Source: an uncultured Actinomycetes bacterium (GTDB taxonomy: Bacteria > Actinomycetota > Actinomycetes > Streptosporangiales > Streptosporangiaceae). Taken from it: DNA of 64,000 nucleotides. Positions 27,408-38,330 of this stretch are shown piece by piece (position 1 is the first letter of the stretch; each line of letters opens with the position of its first letter). The position numbers and the translations under genes are program-made. The notes beneath the pieces were generated by a model. It saw nothing but the letters and a program-made list of their open reading frames with translations. It did not search any database and was not told the DNA's origin. The DNA lies in assembly GCA_963707905.1 (NCBI GenBank), contig CAVPSA010000020.1, forward strand, positions 4,320-68,319, read 5' to 3'.

Positions 27408-28514
27408 TCAGTCCTGCGGGCCTTCGGCGGCCGCTGCCCACTTCTGCTCGATCTTGCCGAAGTGCCATACGGCCAGCGCGACGGTCCAGGTGACCACGAA
27501 CACACCGACGACCACGAACCCGGCCTTGTTGATGTTGAAGCCCGCAAGGAACGACCAGAAGGTGCCGCTGAGGTCGGCATTCTGCGCGATCAGCCCGAGC
27601 ACCTCGACGCCGCCGATGAACACGGCCACGAACACCGAGAGCCCGGTGATGGTGAGGTTGTAGAAGATCTTGCGGGCCGGCCGGGCGAAGGCCCAGTCGT
27701 AGGCGAAGTTCATGAAGCAGCCGTCGGCGGTGTCGAACAGGCTCATGCCGGCCGCGAACAGGATGGGCAGCGACAGGATCGCGTAGAACGGCAGGCCGCC
27801 GACCACCGCCGTGCCCGCCAGCACCAGCAGGGCCACCTCGGTTGCCGTGTCGAAACCCAGGCCGAACAGCACGCCGATGGGGTACATCCGCCATGGCGCG
27901 TCCACCTTGCGGGCGAGCGGGCCGAGGAACCGCATCATCAGGCCGCGCTTGTCCAGTTGCTCGTCGAGTTCCGCTTCGCTGTAGGCGCCAGAGCGCAGCT
28001 CTCTAACGAACCGCAGGATCCCGACCAGAATCACCGCGTTGAGGGCCGCGATCAGGAACAGGAACGTGGCCGACACCAGCGTGCCGACCACGCTGGTCAC
28101 ATGCTGGAGCGCGGAGTTGCTGGCCCGCACCTGGGTGTCGAGGCTGCGGATGCCGAAGTTCAGCAGCACTGCGAGCACGAAGACCACCGAGGAGTGGCCC
28201 AGGGAGAAGAAGAATCCGACCGACAGCGGCCGCTTGCCCTCGCCCACCAGCTTGCGGGTGGTGTTGTCGATGGCCGCGATGTGGTCGGCATCGAACGCGT
28301 GCCGCATGCCCAGCGTGTAGGCGAGGAACCCGGTGCCCAGCCCGAAAATCTCGGTCTTGCTGATGTGATAGTGCCCGCTCAGGGCGGCCGCGAGCATTCC
28401 CCAGCCGAGCACATGCAGCCCGACCACGGTCCCGGCCATGCCGCCCACACGGCTCCACTCGCTGGGGGTCAGTGCCGCCCTGATGCGCCTGGCTCGGGCT
28501 TGCACGGCGACCAT
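27408..28514 (-). CDS. NiCoT-family (HoxN/HupN/NixA) nickel/cobalt transporter
   Basis: Signature HAFDADHIAAIDNTTRKL and FFFSLGHSSVVF. Multi-TM protein. Confidence 0.88.
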   Translation of the reverse strand: MVAVQARARRIRAALTPSEWSRVGGMAGTVVGLHVLGWGMLAAALSGHYHISKTEIFGLGTGFLAYTLGMRHAFDADHIAAIDNTTRKLVGEGKRPLSVGFFFSLGHSSVVFVLAVLLNFGIRSLDTQVRASNSALQHVTSVVGTLVSATFLFLIAALNAVILVGILRFVRELRSGAYSEAELDEQLDKRGLMMRFLGPLARKVDAPWRMYPIGVLFGLGFDTATEVALLVLAGTAVVGGLPFYAILSLPILFAAGMSLFDTADGCFMNFAYDWAFARPARKIFYNLTITGLSVFVAVFIGGVEVLGLIAQNADLSGTFWSFLAGFNINKAGFVVVGVFVVTWTVALAVWHFGKIEQKWAAAAEGPQD

Positions 28515-28564
28515 GAACCCATCAACCCCCTCAGCACCAGCGGATAAGACGCACTCTATGGAAG

Positions 28565-28581
28565 ATGCAAACTACTCGCAA
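28565..28581. promoter_or_regulatory. Nur-box-like site ATGCAA-ACTAC-TCGCAA in the AT-richer NiCoT promoter region
   Basis: Resembles the Streptomyces Nur consensus tTGCaa-N5-ttGCAA as I recall it. Lies 51-67 nt upstream of the NiCoT start. A ctattg-ctattg repeat on the transporter (minus) strand is adjacent. Confidence 0.25.
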
Positions 28582-28759
28582 TAGCAATAGCTATGTGGCT
28601 GGTTCCCGGGCGGAGGTGGCGGACCGGCCGGCCGCTGAGACCGCCGGGCTGGCGGACTGACCAGGCCTGCGGTGTTACGTTCACTTTCAGGCGGCCGCCT
28701 GCGGGAGCAGGCAGCCGGACGGGGCCCGCGCCAGGGAACGAGCAGCAGGAGAGCACCGC

Positions 28760-29905
28760 ATGCAGCGCGACATCTTCACCAGCGAGCACGACGACTTCAG
28801 GGAAATGGTCCGGGCCTTCATCGCCAAGGAGGTCACGCCCTACCACGAGAAGTGGGAGGCGGACCGGATGGTCTCCAGGGACGTGTGGCTGGCCGCAGGC
28901 CGCGCCGGGCTGCTAGGCATCGAGATCGACGGGAAGTACGGCGGCGGCGGGGTGGTGCACGACTACCGTTACTACCTGATCCTCGACGAGGAGCTGGCCA
29001 AGGCGGGGGCCTCCGGGCCCGGCTTCGCCGTGCATAACGACATCATCGGCCCCTACCTGCAGCGCCTGGCCACACCAGAGCAGTGCGAGCGGTGGCTGCC
29101 GGGCTACTGTACGGGCGAGCTGATCACAGCCATCGCCATGACCGAGCCGGGGGCAGGCAGCGACCTGCAGGGGATGCGCACCACCGCGGTCCGCGACGGC
29201 GACCATTACGTGCTCAACGGGTCCAAGACCTTCATCTCCAACGGCCAGCTCTGCGACCTGGTGATCGTCGCGGCCCGGACGGACCCGGCCGCCGGTTACC
29301 GCGGGATCAGCCTGCTCGTGGTGGAGCGCGGGATGCCCGGCTTCGAGCGCGGCCGCAACCTGGACAAGGTTGGCATGCACGCCCAGGACACCTCGGAACT
29401 GTTCTTCAACGACGTCCGTGTCCCCGCCGGCAACCTGCTCGGCGAGGAAGGCGGCGGATTCGTGGCGCTGATGCAGAACCTGCCCAGGGAACGCCTCGCC
29501 ATCGGCGCCACGGCACTGGCCGGCGCCGAGGCGGTGTTCGCCACGACGCTTGCGTATTGCAAAGAAAGAGAGGCTTTCGGCAGGCCGATCGGCAAGTTCC
29601 AGCACAACAGGTTCGTCCTCGCCGAGATCGCGACCGAGACCGCGGTCGCCCGCGCGTTCACCGACAAGGCCGTGCTCGAGCACAACGCGGGCAAGCTGTC
29701 GGTCGCCGACGCGGCGATGGTGAAGTGGTGGAACACCGAGCTTTGCAACAAGGTCGTGGACCGGTGCGTGCAACTGCACGGGGGGTACGGGTACATGCGT
29801 GAGTTCCCGGTGGCCCGGGCGTTCACCGACAGCAGGGTGCAGACGATCTTCGGTGGCACGACCGAGATCATGAAGGAGATCATCGGCCGCGACCTCGGGC
29901 TCTGA
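28760..29905 (+). CDS. Acyl-CoA dehydrogenase
   Basis: 381 aa. AMTEPGAGSDL, FISNG and LHGGYGYMREFPVARAFTDSRVQTIFGGTTEIMKEIIGR are typical ACAD motifs, including the C-terminal catalytic Glu context. Confidence 0.9.
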   Translation: MQRDIFTSEHDDFREMVRAFIAKEVTPYHEKWEADRMVSRDVWLAAGRAGLLGIEIDGKYGGGGVVHDYRYYLILDEELAKAGASGPGFAVHNDIIGPYLQRLATPEQCERWLPGYCTGELITAIAMTEPGAGSDLQGMRTTAVRDGDHYVLNGSKTFISNGQLCDLVIVAARTDPAAGYRGISLLVVERGMPGFERGRNLDKVGMHAQDTSELFFNDVRVPAGNLLGEEGGGFVALMQNLPRERLAIGATALAGAEAVFATTLAYCKEREAFGRPIGKFQHNRFVLAEIATETAVARAFTDKAVLEHNAGKLSVADAAMVKWWNTELCNKVVDRCVQLHGGYGYMREFPVARAFTDSRVQTIFGGTTEIMKEIIGRDLGL

Positions 29906-29986
29906 CGAGGGAGCCGCTATGACGGCCTGCCGCAGATTTGGCCGTACCCTGTCATAGAGCGCTGCCGAGCAGGACGGAGCACACAG

Positions 29987-31024
29987 GTGGCTGAGCCGGA
30001 TCGCGAGCTGGTCATCCCCGAGGGCGGGTTCTGGCCCGCACCGGAGATTCCGCAGCCGAACATCTACCCGATGGAATGGCGGGTGGAGACCGAAAAGCTC
30101 GCCGCCATCTACCAGAAGTCCAAGCGCGTCGTCTGGAACCCCGCCGACCTGCCGTGGGACGGGCTGCGGGCCGAGGACTTCACCACCGAGCAGCGGCTCG
30201 GCATCATGTACTGGTTCTCCGTGCTTGCCAACTTCGACGCCTCCGGGCCCGCCGTGTTCGCCCGCGCCACCATCCACGCGTTCGAGCAGCACGAGGAGGA
30301 CCCGGTCCGCAAGTGCTTCTTCTCGATCACCCGCGACGAGATGAACCACGAGGAGTGCTGCCAGCGCAGCATCGCCAAGCTGTGGCCGGGCGGCCCGCTG
30401 GACTGGCAGCCGGTCACGCCGCTCGAGCAGGCGGCGCACAACAACATCGCCTGGCTGTACCACAACGGCGGCCGGTACTGGAGCGGCTACAACAAGGCGG
30501 TCGGCAAGTACTCCCTGCCCGTGCTGTTCACCAGCTTCATGATGGGCGAGATGGCCGCGTCCACGCTGTTCCGCGGCATGTCCTCGGGCACCACGCACCC
30601 GGTGTTCTCGGAGATGTTCCAGCGGATCGGCCGGGACGAATCGCGTCACCTGCAGATCTGCATGACGATCCTGGAGAACGAGTGGCCGGGCCTGACCGAG
30701 GACGTCAAGGACCTGATCACCAGGCAACTGCGGGCCGGTTTCGTCTTCCTCTCGATGATCCTCTGGGAGCCGCCGGAGGGGTTCTGGGAGATTCCGCCGT
30801 ACTTCATGGCCAACCACCGGATCCTGATGAACCACGCCCGCGAGGGCGGCCTGGGCGTGCTGTCCTACGAGGAGCAGGCGGAGAACTGGCGGGTGGCCAT
30901 CGCCCGCATCCGGGTGATCGTCACCCGGTGGGGCATCGCGTTCCCGGCCATCCCGGAACTGGACATCGAGGGCGTCGACGTGGCCGACGACATCAACGCC
31001 GAGGACATCATCCCGGTTTTCTGA
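29987..31024 (+). CDS. Ferritin-like diiron-carboxylate protein (AurF/R2-like oxygenase superfamily)
   Basis: Ligand pattern E...ExxH...E...ExxH: FEQHEED, TRDEMNHEE, MMGEMAAS, GRDESRHLQ. Confidence 0.5.
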   Translation: MAEPDRELVIPEGGFWPAPEIPQPNIYPMEWRVETEKLAAIYQKSKRVVWNPADLPWDGLRAEDFTTEQRLGIMYWFSVLANFDASGPAVFARATIHAFEQHEEDPVRKCFFSITRDEMNHEECCQRSIAKLWPGGPLDWQPVTPLEQAAHNNIAWLYHNGGRYWSGYNKAVGKYSLPVLFTSFMMGEMAASTLFRGMSSGTTHPVFSEMFQRIGRDESRHLQICMTILENEWPGLTEDVKDLITRQLRAGFVFLSMILWEPPEGFWEIPPYFMANHRILMNHAREGGLGVLSYEEQAENWRVAIARIRVIVTRWGIAFPAIPELDIEGVDVADDINAEDIIPVF

Positions 31025-31124
31025 CACCCCGGGGCACGCCTCGGCAGGGCGCTCGGGGCAGGGCGCGCACACATTCTGTGAACTGTTGGTAACGCGACGG
31101 CGCTCGTTTGCGATTCACGATGTA

Positions 31125-31168
31125 GACGCGGCCGACGTGGGTACCCCCGAGCTCACGTCGTCCGCGTC
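31125..31168 (+). terminator. 15-bp inverted repeat (GACGCGGCCGACGTG / CACGTCGTCCGCGTC, 1 mismatch, 14-nt loop) between the diiron gene and dapA
   Basis: Read from the sequence. Followed by TTCGCG, so there is only a weak U-tract. Confidence 0.35.
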
Positions 31169-31208
31169 TTCGCGTGCTCAGGCGGCCACGCGCCGGTAGT
31201 TTTCATCT

Positions 31209-32162
31209 ATGACTGAGACCCAGCAGGCGTCCGCAGGCCAGCCCGGTGGCGCGTCCCGTGACGGGGCGCCCTTCGGCCGGATGCTGACCGCGATGATCAC
31301 GCCGTTCTCCGCCGACGGAGCACTCGACACCGACGGGGCCGCCCGCCTCGCCACCTACCTGGTCGACGACATGCGTAACGACGGCCTGGTCATCAGCGGA
31401 ACCACCGGCGAGTCGCCGACCACCACCGACGCGGAAAAGGACCGCCTGCTCCGCGCGGTCATCGAGGCTGTGGGCGACCGCGCGACGATCGTGGCCGGGG
31501 TCGGCACCAACGACACCGCGCACACCTGCGAACTGGCCAGACAGGCGGAACGGGCGGGCGCGGACGCACTGCTGCTCGTCACGCCGTACTACAACAAGCC
31601 GCCCCAGGAAGGCCTGGTGGCCCACTTCAGCGCCGCCGCGGACGCGACCGGGCTGCCGTGCATGCTCTACGACATCCCCGGCCGCACCGGCATGGCGATC
31701 AAGAAAGAGACCCTGATCCGGCTGGCCCAGCACCCGAGGATCGTCGCGGTCAAGGACGCCAAGGCCGACTTCGGCACGACCTCTGAGGTGATGCTGGCCA
31801 CCGACATGGTGTTCTACAGCGGCGACGACATCCTCAACCTGCCGTGGCTGTCGGTCGGCGCGGCCGGGTTCGTCAGCGTGGTCGGGCACGTGGTCGGCGA
31901 CCGGCTGCACGACATGATCGACTCCTACCGGGCGGGACGGGTGAGCGAGGCCCGCCAGATACACCTCGACGTGCTGCCTGTCATCATCGGGATCATGACC
32001 CGAACTCAAGGCGCGATCATGGCGAAGGCGGCGCTCGGCCTGCTGGGACTGCCCGGCGGGGTCACCCGCCTGCCGCTCGTCGACGCCACGCAAGCACAGC
32101 TAGAGCAATTGCGTACCGATCTTGTGGCTGGTGGCGTGAAGCTGCCGGGGACCGTGGCATGA
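31209..32162 (+). CDS. dapA: 4-hydroxy-tetrahydrodipicolinate synthase
   Basis: MITPFSADGALDTDGAARLATYLVD, ISGTTGESPTTTDAEK, LLVTPYYNKP, AVKDAK (active-site Lys context). Confidence 0.92.
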   Translation: MTETQQASAGQPGGASRDGAPFGRMLTAMITPFSADGALDTDGAARLATYLVDDMRNDGLVISGTTGESPTTTDAEKDRLLRAVIEAVGDRATIVAGVGTNDTAHTCELARQAERAGADALLLVTPYYNKPPQEGLVAHFSAAADATGLPCMLYDIPGRTGMAIKKETLIRLAQHPRIVAVKDAKADFGTTSEVMLATDMVFYSGDDILNLPWLSVGAAGFVSVVGHVVGDRLHDMIDSYRAGRVSEARQIHLDVLPVIIGIMTRTQGAIMAKAALGLLGLPGGVTRLPLVDATQAQLEQLRTDLVAGGVKLPGTVA

Positions 32163-32196
32163 GCGCCCGCGCCGGCCGGGCGGGCGGGGCTGCCTG

Positions 32197-33891
32197 GTGA
32201 GCCACCCGCACCCCGATCTCGGCCTGCCCGCCCGCCTGCCTCGCAACGGCCTGCGCATCACCGGGCTCGGCGGTCTCGGTGAGATCGGCCGGAACATGAC
32301 GGTGTTCGAGCACGCCGGCCGCCTGCTCATCGTGGACTGCGGCGTGCTGTTCCCCGAGCCCGACCAGCCCGGAGTGGACCTGATCCTGCCCGACTTCACC
32401 AGCCTGGTGGGACGCTACGACCTCATCGAGGCCGTGGTGATCACCCATGCCCACGAGGACCACATCGGCGCCATCCCGTACCTGCTGCGGGAGCGGCGGG
32501 ACATCCCGCTGGTCGGCTCCAAGCTGACCCTCGGCCTGATCGGCGGCAAGCTCGCCGAGCACCGGATCACCCCGCAGACCGTCGAGGTCGGCGCCGGCAC
32601 CCGGCAGTCGTTCGGGCCGTTCGACTGCGAGTTCCTGGCGGTGAACCACTCGATCCCGGACGCGCTCGCCGTCGCCATCCGGACCCGCGCGGGCATGGTC
32701 CTGCACACCGGCGACTTCAAGATGGACCAGCTGCCGCTGGACGGGCGGCTGACCGACCTCGGCGGGTTCGCGCGGCTCGGCGCCGAGGGCATCGACCTGC
32801 TCATGTCGGACTCCACCAACGCCGAGGTTCCGGGGATCGTGACGCCCGAGCGCGACATCGCGCCCGTGCTTGGCGACATCTTCGCCTCCGCCACCCAGCG
32901 GATCATCGTGGCCTGCTTCGCCAGCCACGTGCACCGCGTGCAGCAGGTTCTCGACACCGCGGCGACGCACGGGCGCAAGGTGGCGCTGGTCGGCCGGTCC
33001 ATGGTGCGCAACATGGGAGTCGCCAGGGACCTGGGCTACCTGCGGATCCCTGAGGTGCCCGGCGGCCTCATGGTCGACCTCAAGGATGCGGAGGAGATGC
33101 CGCCCGAGCGGATCGTGCTCATCTCCACCGGGTCCCAGGGCGAGCCGATGTCGGCGCTGTCGCGGATGGCCGGCCGGGACCACCCGATCAGGGTTGCCGA
33201 GGGCGACACGGTGATTCTGGCGTCCTCGCTGATCCCGGGCAACGAGACCGCCGTGTACCGGGTGATCAACGCGCTGACCCGGTGGGGGGCCAAGGTCGTG
33301 CACCGGGGCAACGCGATGGTCCACGTGTCCGGGCACGCGTCCGCGGGCGAACTGCTCTACGTGCTGAATCTGGCCCGCCCGCGCAACTTCATGCCGGTGC
33401 ACGGGGAATGGCGGCACCTGCGGGCCCATGCCCGGCTCGCCTCGCTGACCGGGGTGAGCGACGACAACATCGTGATCGCCGAGAATGGCCTGGTCGTCGA
33501 CCTGGTCGAGGGCAAGGCCTCGGTCACCGGCGTGGTCCCGTGCGGCTATGTGTACGTGGACGGCCTGTCGGTCGGCGAGGTGACGGAGACCTCGCTGAAG
33601 GACCGGCGCATCCTCGGTGACGAGGGATTCGTCTCGATCGTCGTGGTGGTCGACTCCACCACGGGCAAGCTCGCCGCCCCGCCGGAGATCCATGCCCGGG
33701 GCTCGGGGATCGACGACGCGGCGTTCGGCGCGGTGATTCCCCGGATCGAGGAGGCGCTGGCCTCGGCAGCGGCCGAGGGCATCAACGATTCGCGGCAGCT
33801 CAGCCAGCTGGTACGGCGGACCGTCGGCCGGTGGGTGAACGAGAACTACCGGCGCCGGCCCATGATCATCCCGGTGGTGGTGGACGTCTGA
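32197..33891 (+). CDS. rnj: Ribonuclease J
   Basis: [32 protein letters not shown] (metallo-beta-lactamase HxHxDH), beta-CASP and C-terminal domains. 564 aa. Confidence 0.92.
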   Translation: MSHPHPDLGLPARLPRNGLRITGLGGLGEIGRNMTVFEHAGRLLIVDCGVLFPEPDQPGVDLILPDFTSLVGRYDLIEAVVITHAHEDHIGAIPYLLRERRDIPLVGSKLTLGLIGGKLAEHRITPQTVEVGAGTRQSFGPFDCEFLAVNHSIPDALAVAIRTRAGMVLHTGDFKMDQLPLDGRLTDLGGFARLGAEGIDLLMSDSTNAEVPGIVTPERDIAPVLGDIFASATQRIIVACFASHVHRVQQVLDTAATHGRKVALVGRSMVRNMGVARDLGYLRIPEVPGGLMVDLKDAEEMPPERIVLISTGSQGEPMSALSRMAGRDHPIRVAEGDTVILASSLIPGNETAVYRVINALTRWGAKVVHRGNAMVHVSGHASAGELLYVLNLARPRNFMPVHGEWRHLRAHARLASLTGVSDDNIVIAENGLVVDLVEGKASVTGVVPCGYVYVDGLSVGEVTETSLKDRRILGDEGFVSIVVVVDSTTGKLAAPPEIHARGSGIDDAAFGAVIPRIEEALASAAAEGINDSRQLSQLVRRTVGRWVNENYRRRPMIIPVVVDV

Positions 33892-33928
33892 CGCGGGGCG
33901 CGCCGGGGTGGCTGGCGCGCCGGCGCTC

Positions 33929-33980
33929 GACCGGTTAACGTCCCGGGCTGACCGGTTAACGTCCCGGGCTGACCGGTTAA
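33929..33980 (+). repeat. 21-bp tandem repeat x2.5 (gaccggttaacgtcccgggct), each copy containing the GGTTAACC-like palindrome
   Basis: Copies at 33929, 33950 and 33971 (partial), located between the rnj stop (33891) and the ftsK start (34046). Confidence 0.9.
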
Positions 33981-34045
33981 GCCGAGGGCGAGAGGCGCGG
34001 CGTGTCTTTCGCCCGGATCCGCGGGTACTCGTTACCGTGGTAATC

Positions 34046-37000
34046 ATGGCGACCCGTGTCCCAAAGACTGGTGGGTCAAAGGGCGGTGTGTCGCAGGGCG
34101 GCGCCCGCCCGCAGGGCAGGACGGCCTCGCGGCCCCGGGCAGCGGGCACCTCGCAGCGCACCCGGGCCAGCAGCAACAGCCGGGCGCCCGCCCGGGGGCG
34201 CGGCAAGGGTGCCAAGGGCCGGGGCGGGAACCAGCGCGGCAGGACGGGCCGGCCGCAGCGGCGGCAGCCGGCCAGCAACGGGTTCCTGATCCTGTTCGGG
34301 TGGCTCGCCAGTGCTCTCGCCGCCGCCTGGATGCTGGCCGCGCACGCGGTCGGGTTCGCCGCCCGGGGGCTGGGCCGCAGTGCGGCAGACCTGGACCCGA
34401 TGCACCGCAGAGACGGGGCCGGGCTCACCTTTCTCGGTGCGGCCCTGGTGGTCGCCGCCACCACCTGGTTTCACCTGGGCAATGCCGTCGGCAAGCTGAT
34501 GACCGACGTGGTCCGCGGCGGGTTCGGCTCCATGGCCTGGGCCCTGCCGGTGCTGCTCGGCCTGCTGGCCTGGCGGTACCTGCGGCATCCGGACCGGAAC
34601 GCGGAGACCGGGCGGATCGTCATCGGCGGGCTGGCGCTGACCGTGGGTGTGCTCGGCCTGGTGCACATCGCGCACGGCACGCCGTCGCCGGCCAACGGTG
34701 CGGGCGCGATCCAGGCCGCCGGGGGCTTCATCGGCTACTTCGCCTCGGCGCCGCTCGTCGCGGCCGTCACGCCCTGGGTCGCGGCGCCGCTGCTGGCGCT
34801 GGTCTGCGGGTTCGGGCTGCTGGTGATCACCGGCACCCCGCTGCACCGGGTGCCGGAACGCCTCGCCGGGCTGCGCGGCGCCTATCCGGAGGACGAGGCG
34901 GGGGAGGCGGGGGGCAAGACGTCCGCGCTCGGCCGCGGCGGTCGCAAACGGCCCACGGCCATTGAGGCGGGCGATCATGTCAAGCCATACGACACCCCGC
35001 TCCTAGGTGGTCCCGGCGGTGCAGCGGGTACCGGCAGGCCCAGGGGCAAGGGCCCGGTGCTGGAGGAGCCGTCCCGCCCCGCGGGAGCGGCCGCCGCCGG
35101 GCTGGAGGGCTCCGGGGATACCGAGGGCCTGCTCGATGCTCTGGGATTCGGGCCACCGGGAGCCGCCCGCAAACCGGGGCAGCCACTGGAACACCTGGGG
35201 CCGCCCAAGGGCGAGCAGCTCACGCTCGCCGGGGCGAGCGACGCCAGCTACACGCTGCCGCCCGCCGCGCTGCTCAAGCCGGGCACCGCGCCAAAGGTGC
35301 GGACCGGGGCCACCGACGTGGTGATGCGTGCCCTGACCGAGGTGCTCGAACAGTTCGACGTGGATGCCACGGTCACCGGCTTCACCCGCGGGCCGACGGT
35401 CACCAGGTACGAGATCACCCTGGGCCCGGCCGTCAAGGTGGAACGGGTCACCCAGCTCACCAGGAACATCGCCTACGCGGTGAAGAGCGCGGACGTGCGG
35501 ATCGTGTCCCCGATCCCGGGCAAGTCCGCGATCGGGGTGGAGATCCCCAACACCGACCGCGAGATCGTCAGCCTCGGCGACGTGCTGCGCTCACCGGTCG
35601 CGCTGTCCGACCACCATCCGATGGTGGTGGGCCTGGGCAAGAACGTCGAGGGCGCCACGGTCATCGCCAACCTCGCGAAGATGCCTCACATCCTGATCGC
35701 TGGGGCGACCGGGGCGGGCAAGGCGCTCGCTCTCGACACACCGATTCCGACCCCGCGCGGCTGGACGACCATGGGTGAAGTCCGGATAGGCGACCGGGTC
35801 TTTGATGAGAACGGCGAGCCATGCCTGGTGACCGGGGCTACCCCAGTCATGCACGGTCGGCCGTGTTACGAGGTCGAGTTCTCCGACGGCACCGTCATTG
35901 TCGCGGATGCTGAGCACCTGTGGCGGACCGATACAGCAGCGGGACGTCAGCGGCGTGGCCGGCCTCCCCGGGGTGTTCTGTATTGGTCTTCGGCGGATGT
36001 CGCTCAGGTGTCCGAGCGGGCAGCCGAGGTTCTTGGTGAACCGGACCGGCTCATCGGCACCGCCGAGGTGATAGCCGATGTCGGCGATCAGTTCCGCAAT
36101 GCGATCTACCGGGCGGCTATGTCCCTTCCAAATGAGGGACGTGTAATCCGGCCGACGTACCGCCGAGCAGGGCGCGAGGTCGGGTTCTGGGCGCCGGCGT
36201 ACTCCCGGCAGCTGCTCTACAAGGCACTCGTGGAACGCATCAGCGTGCCCGCTGGCGCAAGCCGCGTCCGCCCAGCCGATGCCGAGCCGGTGACGACTGC
36301 CCAGATCGCCGCGTCGCTTCGCACGTGGGGGCGGTTCAATCATTCGGTCGCGCTGTGTGGGCCGCTCCACTACCCCGAGCGGGACCTGCCTGTGGCTCCT
36401 TACACGTTTGGCTGCTGGCTCGGCGACGGGGGCACGATGACTGCCGGGTTCACGTGTGCCGACGAAGAGATACTGGAACACATTCGTAACGACGGGTACG
36501 TGATCACCCATCACGCCAGCACCCGCATCCAGTACACGATTTCGAACAGTCCCGAGCGTGAGCGGCGCATCGCTGAAGCGCTCGAACTGGCAGCTCAGGG
36601 GATGAGCGTGGAGCGGGCCGCACTTCATGCGGGTGTCGGCCTCTCCGCTGTTCTGCGTGCAGCGGGTGGCCGCTTCCCGCAAGGGCGAAGAGGTACCTCC
36701 GTCGCGGGCGCGCCGCCCCGTGCGCGCTACCGGACGCTCAGCAGAATTTTCCGGGAGCTTGGGCCAAAGCACATTCCTGAGGAGTATCTGCATGCGTCCG
36801 TCTCACAGCGCCGTGCCTTGCTCGCCGGGCTGCTTGACACGGACGGCTACTGCAGCCCCAGAGGAATGGTGGAGTTCGCGGTCACCAACCGGGATCTCGC
36901 ATACGGAGTTCTGGAATTGGTGCTTGGCCTTGGATATAAAGCCACACTGCGAACCAAGCCCTGTCATGGCCGCTTCGAGAGCACGTCAACTGCCTACACC

Positions 37001-38191
37001 GTTGGCTTCACGCCGCACGAGCCAGTGTTCCGGCTCAGCCGCAAGCTGGCACGGCAGGGTCTGGCTAACCCAGGTAGCACGGCACGGCGGCGATACATAG
37101 TCGATGTCCGGCCCATCGAGTCGGTGCCGGTCCGCTGCATTGCGGTCAGTAGCTCTAGCCGCATGTACCTGGCGGGCCGGTCATGTGTGCCGACACACAA
37201 TTCGACCTGCGTCAACGGACTGATCACGTCGATCTTGCTGCGGGCTACGCCGGACGACGTGCGGATGATCCTGATCGACCCCAAGCGGGTGGAGCTGTCG
37301 CACTACCAGGGCATCCCGCACCTGATCACGCCGATCATCACCAGCCCGAAGAAGGCCGCCGAGGCGCTGAGCTGGGTGGTCGGGGAGATGGACCGGCGCT
37401 ACGACGACCTGGCCGCGTCCGGGTTCCGGCACATCGACGACTTCAACAAGGCGGTCCGTGCGGGCAAGCTCACCCCGCCGCCGGGCAGCGAGCGCATCTA
37501 CCTGCCGTACCCGTACCTGCTGGTGATCGTGGACGAACTGGCCGACCTGATGATGATCGCGCCCAGGGACGTGGAAGACGCCGTGGTCCGGATCACCCAG
37601 CTCGCCCGGGCCGCCGGCATCCACCTGGTGCTCGCCACCCAGCGCCCGTCGGTGGACGTGGTGACGGGGCTGATCAAGGCCAACGTGCCATCCCGGCTGG
37701 CCTTCGCCGCCGCGAGCGCCACCGACAGCCGGGTCATCCTGGACCAGACCGGCGCGGAGAAGCTCATCGGCCAGGGTGACTCGCTGTTCCTGCCGATGGG
37801 GGCGAGCAAGCCACTGCGGCTGCAGAACGCGTTCGTCACCGAGAAGGAGATCAGGGAGATCGTCGCGCACTGCTGCAAGCAGGCGCAGCCGGCCTACCGC
37901 GAGGATGTCGCCGTGCCCGAGGGCAAGGCCCGCGAGATCGACCCCGACATCGGCGACGACCTCGACGACCTCGTCCGGGCCGCGGAACTCGTGGTCAGCA
38001 CGCAGTTCGGCTCCACCTCGATGCTGCAGCGCAAGATGCGGGTGGGCTTCGCCAAGGCCCGGCTGATGGACCTGCTGGAGAGCCGGGGCATTGTCGGGCC
38101 CAGCGAGGGTTCCAAGGCGCGCGACGTGCTGGTGCTTCCGGATGATCTGCCCGGTTTGCTGGCATCTCTGCGAGGTACCGGGGACGATTGA
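34046..38191 (+). CDS. ftsK: DNA translocase FtsK, interrupted in-frame by a 493-aa intein in the Walker A motif
   Basis: R/G-rich N-terminus, 4 TM helices, linker. Motor domain: [14 protein letters not shown] / intein / [32 protein letters not shown] ... [13 protein letters not shown] ... [24 protein letters not shown]. Gamma (winged-helix) domain at the C-terminus. ATG at 34046. Confidence 0.92.
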   Translation: MATRVPKTGGSKGGVSQGGARPQGRTASRPRAAGTSQRTRASSNSRAPARGRGKGAKGRGGNQRGRTGRPQRRQPASNGFLILFGWLASALAAAWMLAAHAVGFAARGLGRSAADLDPMHRRDGAGLTFLGAALVVAATTWFHLGNAVGKLMTDVVRGGFGSMAWALPVLLGLLAWRYLRHPDRNAETGRIVIGGLALTVGVLGLVHIAHGTPSPANGAGAIQAAGGFIGYFASAPLVAAVTPWVAAPLLALVCGFGLLVITGTPLHRVPERLAGLRGAYPEDEAGEAGGKTSALGRGGRKRPTAIEAGDHVKPYDTPLLGGPGGAAGTGRPRGKGPVLEEPSRPAGAAAAGLEGSGDTEGLLDALGFGPPGAARKPGQPLEHLGPPKGEQLTLAGASDASYTLPPAALLKPGTAPKVRTGATDVVMRALTEVLEQFDVDATVTGFTRGPTVTRYEITLGPAVKVERVTQLTRNIAYAVKSADVRIVSPIPGKSAIGVEIPNTDREIVSLGDVLRSPVALSDHHPMVVGLGKNVEGATVIANLAKMPHILIAGATGAGKALALDTPIPTPRGWTTMGEVRIGDRVFDENGEPCLVTGATPVMHGRPCYEVEFSDGTVIVADAEHLWRTDTAAGRQRRGRPPRGVLYWSSADVAQVSERAAEVLGEPDRLIGTAEVIADVGDQFRNAIYRAAMSLPNEGRVIRPTYRRAGREVGFWAPAYSRQLLYKALVERISVPAGASRVRPADAEPVTTAQIAASLRTWGRFNHSVALCGPLHYPERDLPVAPYTFGCWLGDGGTMTAGFTCADEEILEHIRNDGYVITHHASTRIQYTISNSPERERRIAEALELAAQGMSVERAALHAGVGLSAVLRAAGGRFPQGRRGTSVAGAPPRARYRTLSRIFRELGPKHIPEEYLHASVSQRRALLAGLLDTDGYCSPRGMVEFAVTNRDLAYGVLELVLGLGYKATLRTKPCHGRFESTSTAYTVGFTPHEPVFRLSRKLARQGLANPGSTARRRYIVDVRPIESVPVRCIAVSSSSRMYLAGRSCVPTHNSTCVNGLITSILLRATPDDVRMILIDPKRVELSHYQGIPHLITPIITSPKKAAEALSWVVGEMDRRYDDLAASGFRHIDDFNKAVRAGKLTPPPGSERIYLPYPYLLVIVDELADLMMIAPRDVEDAVVRITQLARAAGIHLVLATQRPSVDVVTGLIKANVPSRLAFAAASATDSRVILDQTGAEKLIGQGDSLFLPMGASKPLRLQNAFVTEKEIREIVAHCCKQAQPAYREDVAVPEGKAREIDPDIGDDLDDLVRAAELVVSTQFGSTSMLQRKMRVGFAKARLMDLLESRGIVGPSEGSKARDVLVLPDDLPGLLASLRGTGDD
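35723..37201 (+). mobile_element. FtsK intein (493 aa) with a LAGLIDADG homing-endonuclease domain; class-3-type hallmarks
   Basis: Begins [14 protein letters not shown] (Ala1, block A) immediately after GATGAGK. Block B is DAEHLW (His B10, Trp B12). LAGLIDADG motifs: FGCWLGDGG and [11 protein letters not shown]. Block F is VPVRCIAV (Cys at F4). Block G is SCVPTHN (Thr G5, His-Asn) followed by the +1 Ser of STCVNG. Confidence 0.85.
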
Positions 38192-38330
38192 GGCGGCCCG
38201 GTGTCCACGCTCCCGATCGTGGGCATGTCTACACTTGGTGACTGCTCCCGTACTGCAGGAGCGCAGCATTCGGCCACTGCGCCGCGTCCCCGGGCGGTCC
38301 GCAGTGCTAGCAATCAGTTGGAGGCGCCGC

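Noticed and set aside
28515-28759. Cobalamin riboswitch upstream of the NiCoT transporter. Cobalt-type NiCoTs are often B12-regulated, and a fragment ccggtccgccac resembles GGUCCCGCCACUG.
   Set aside because: No GGGAA...GGUG..AAUCC core and no B12 box in the correct (minus) orientation. The similarity is within what GC-rich DNA gives by chance.
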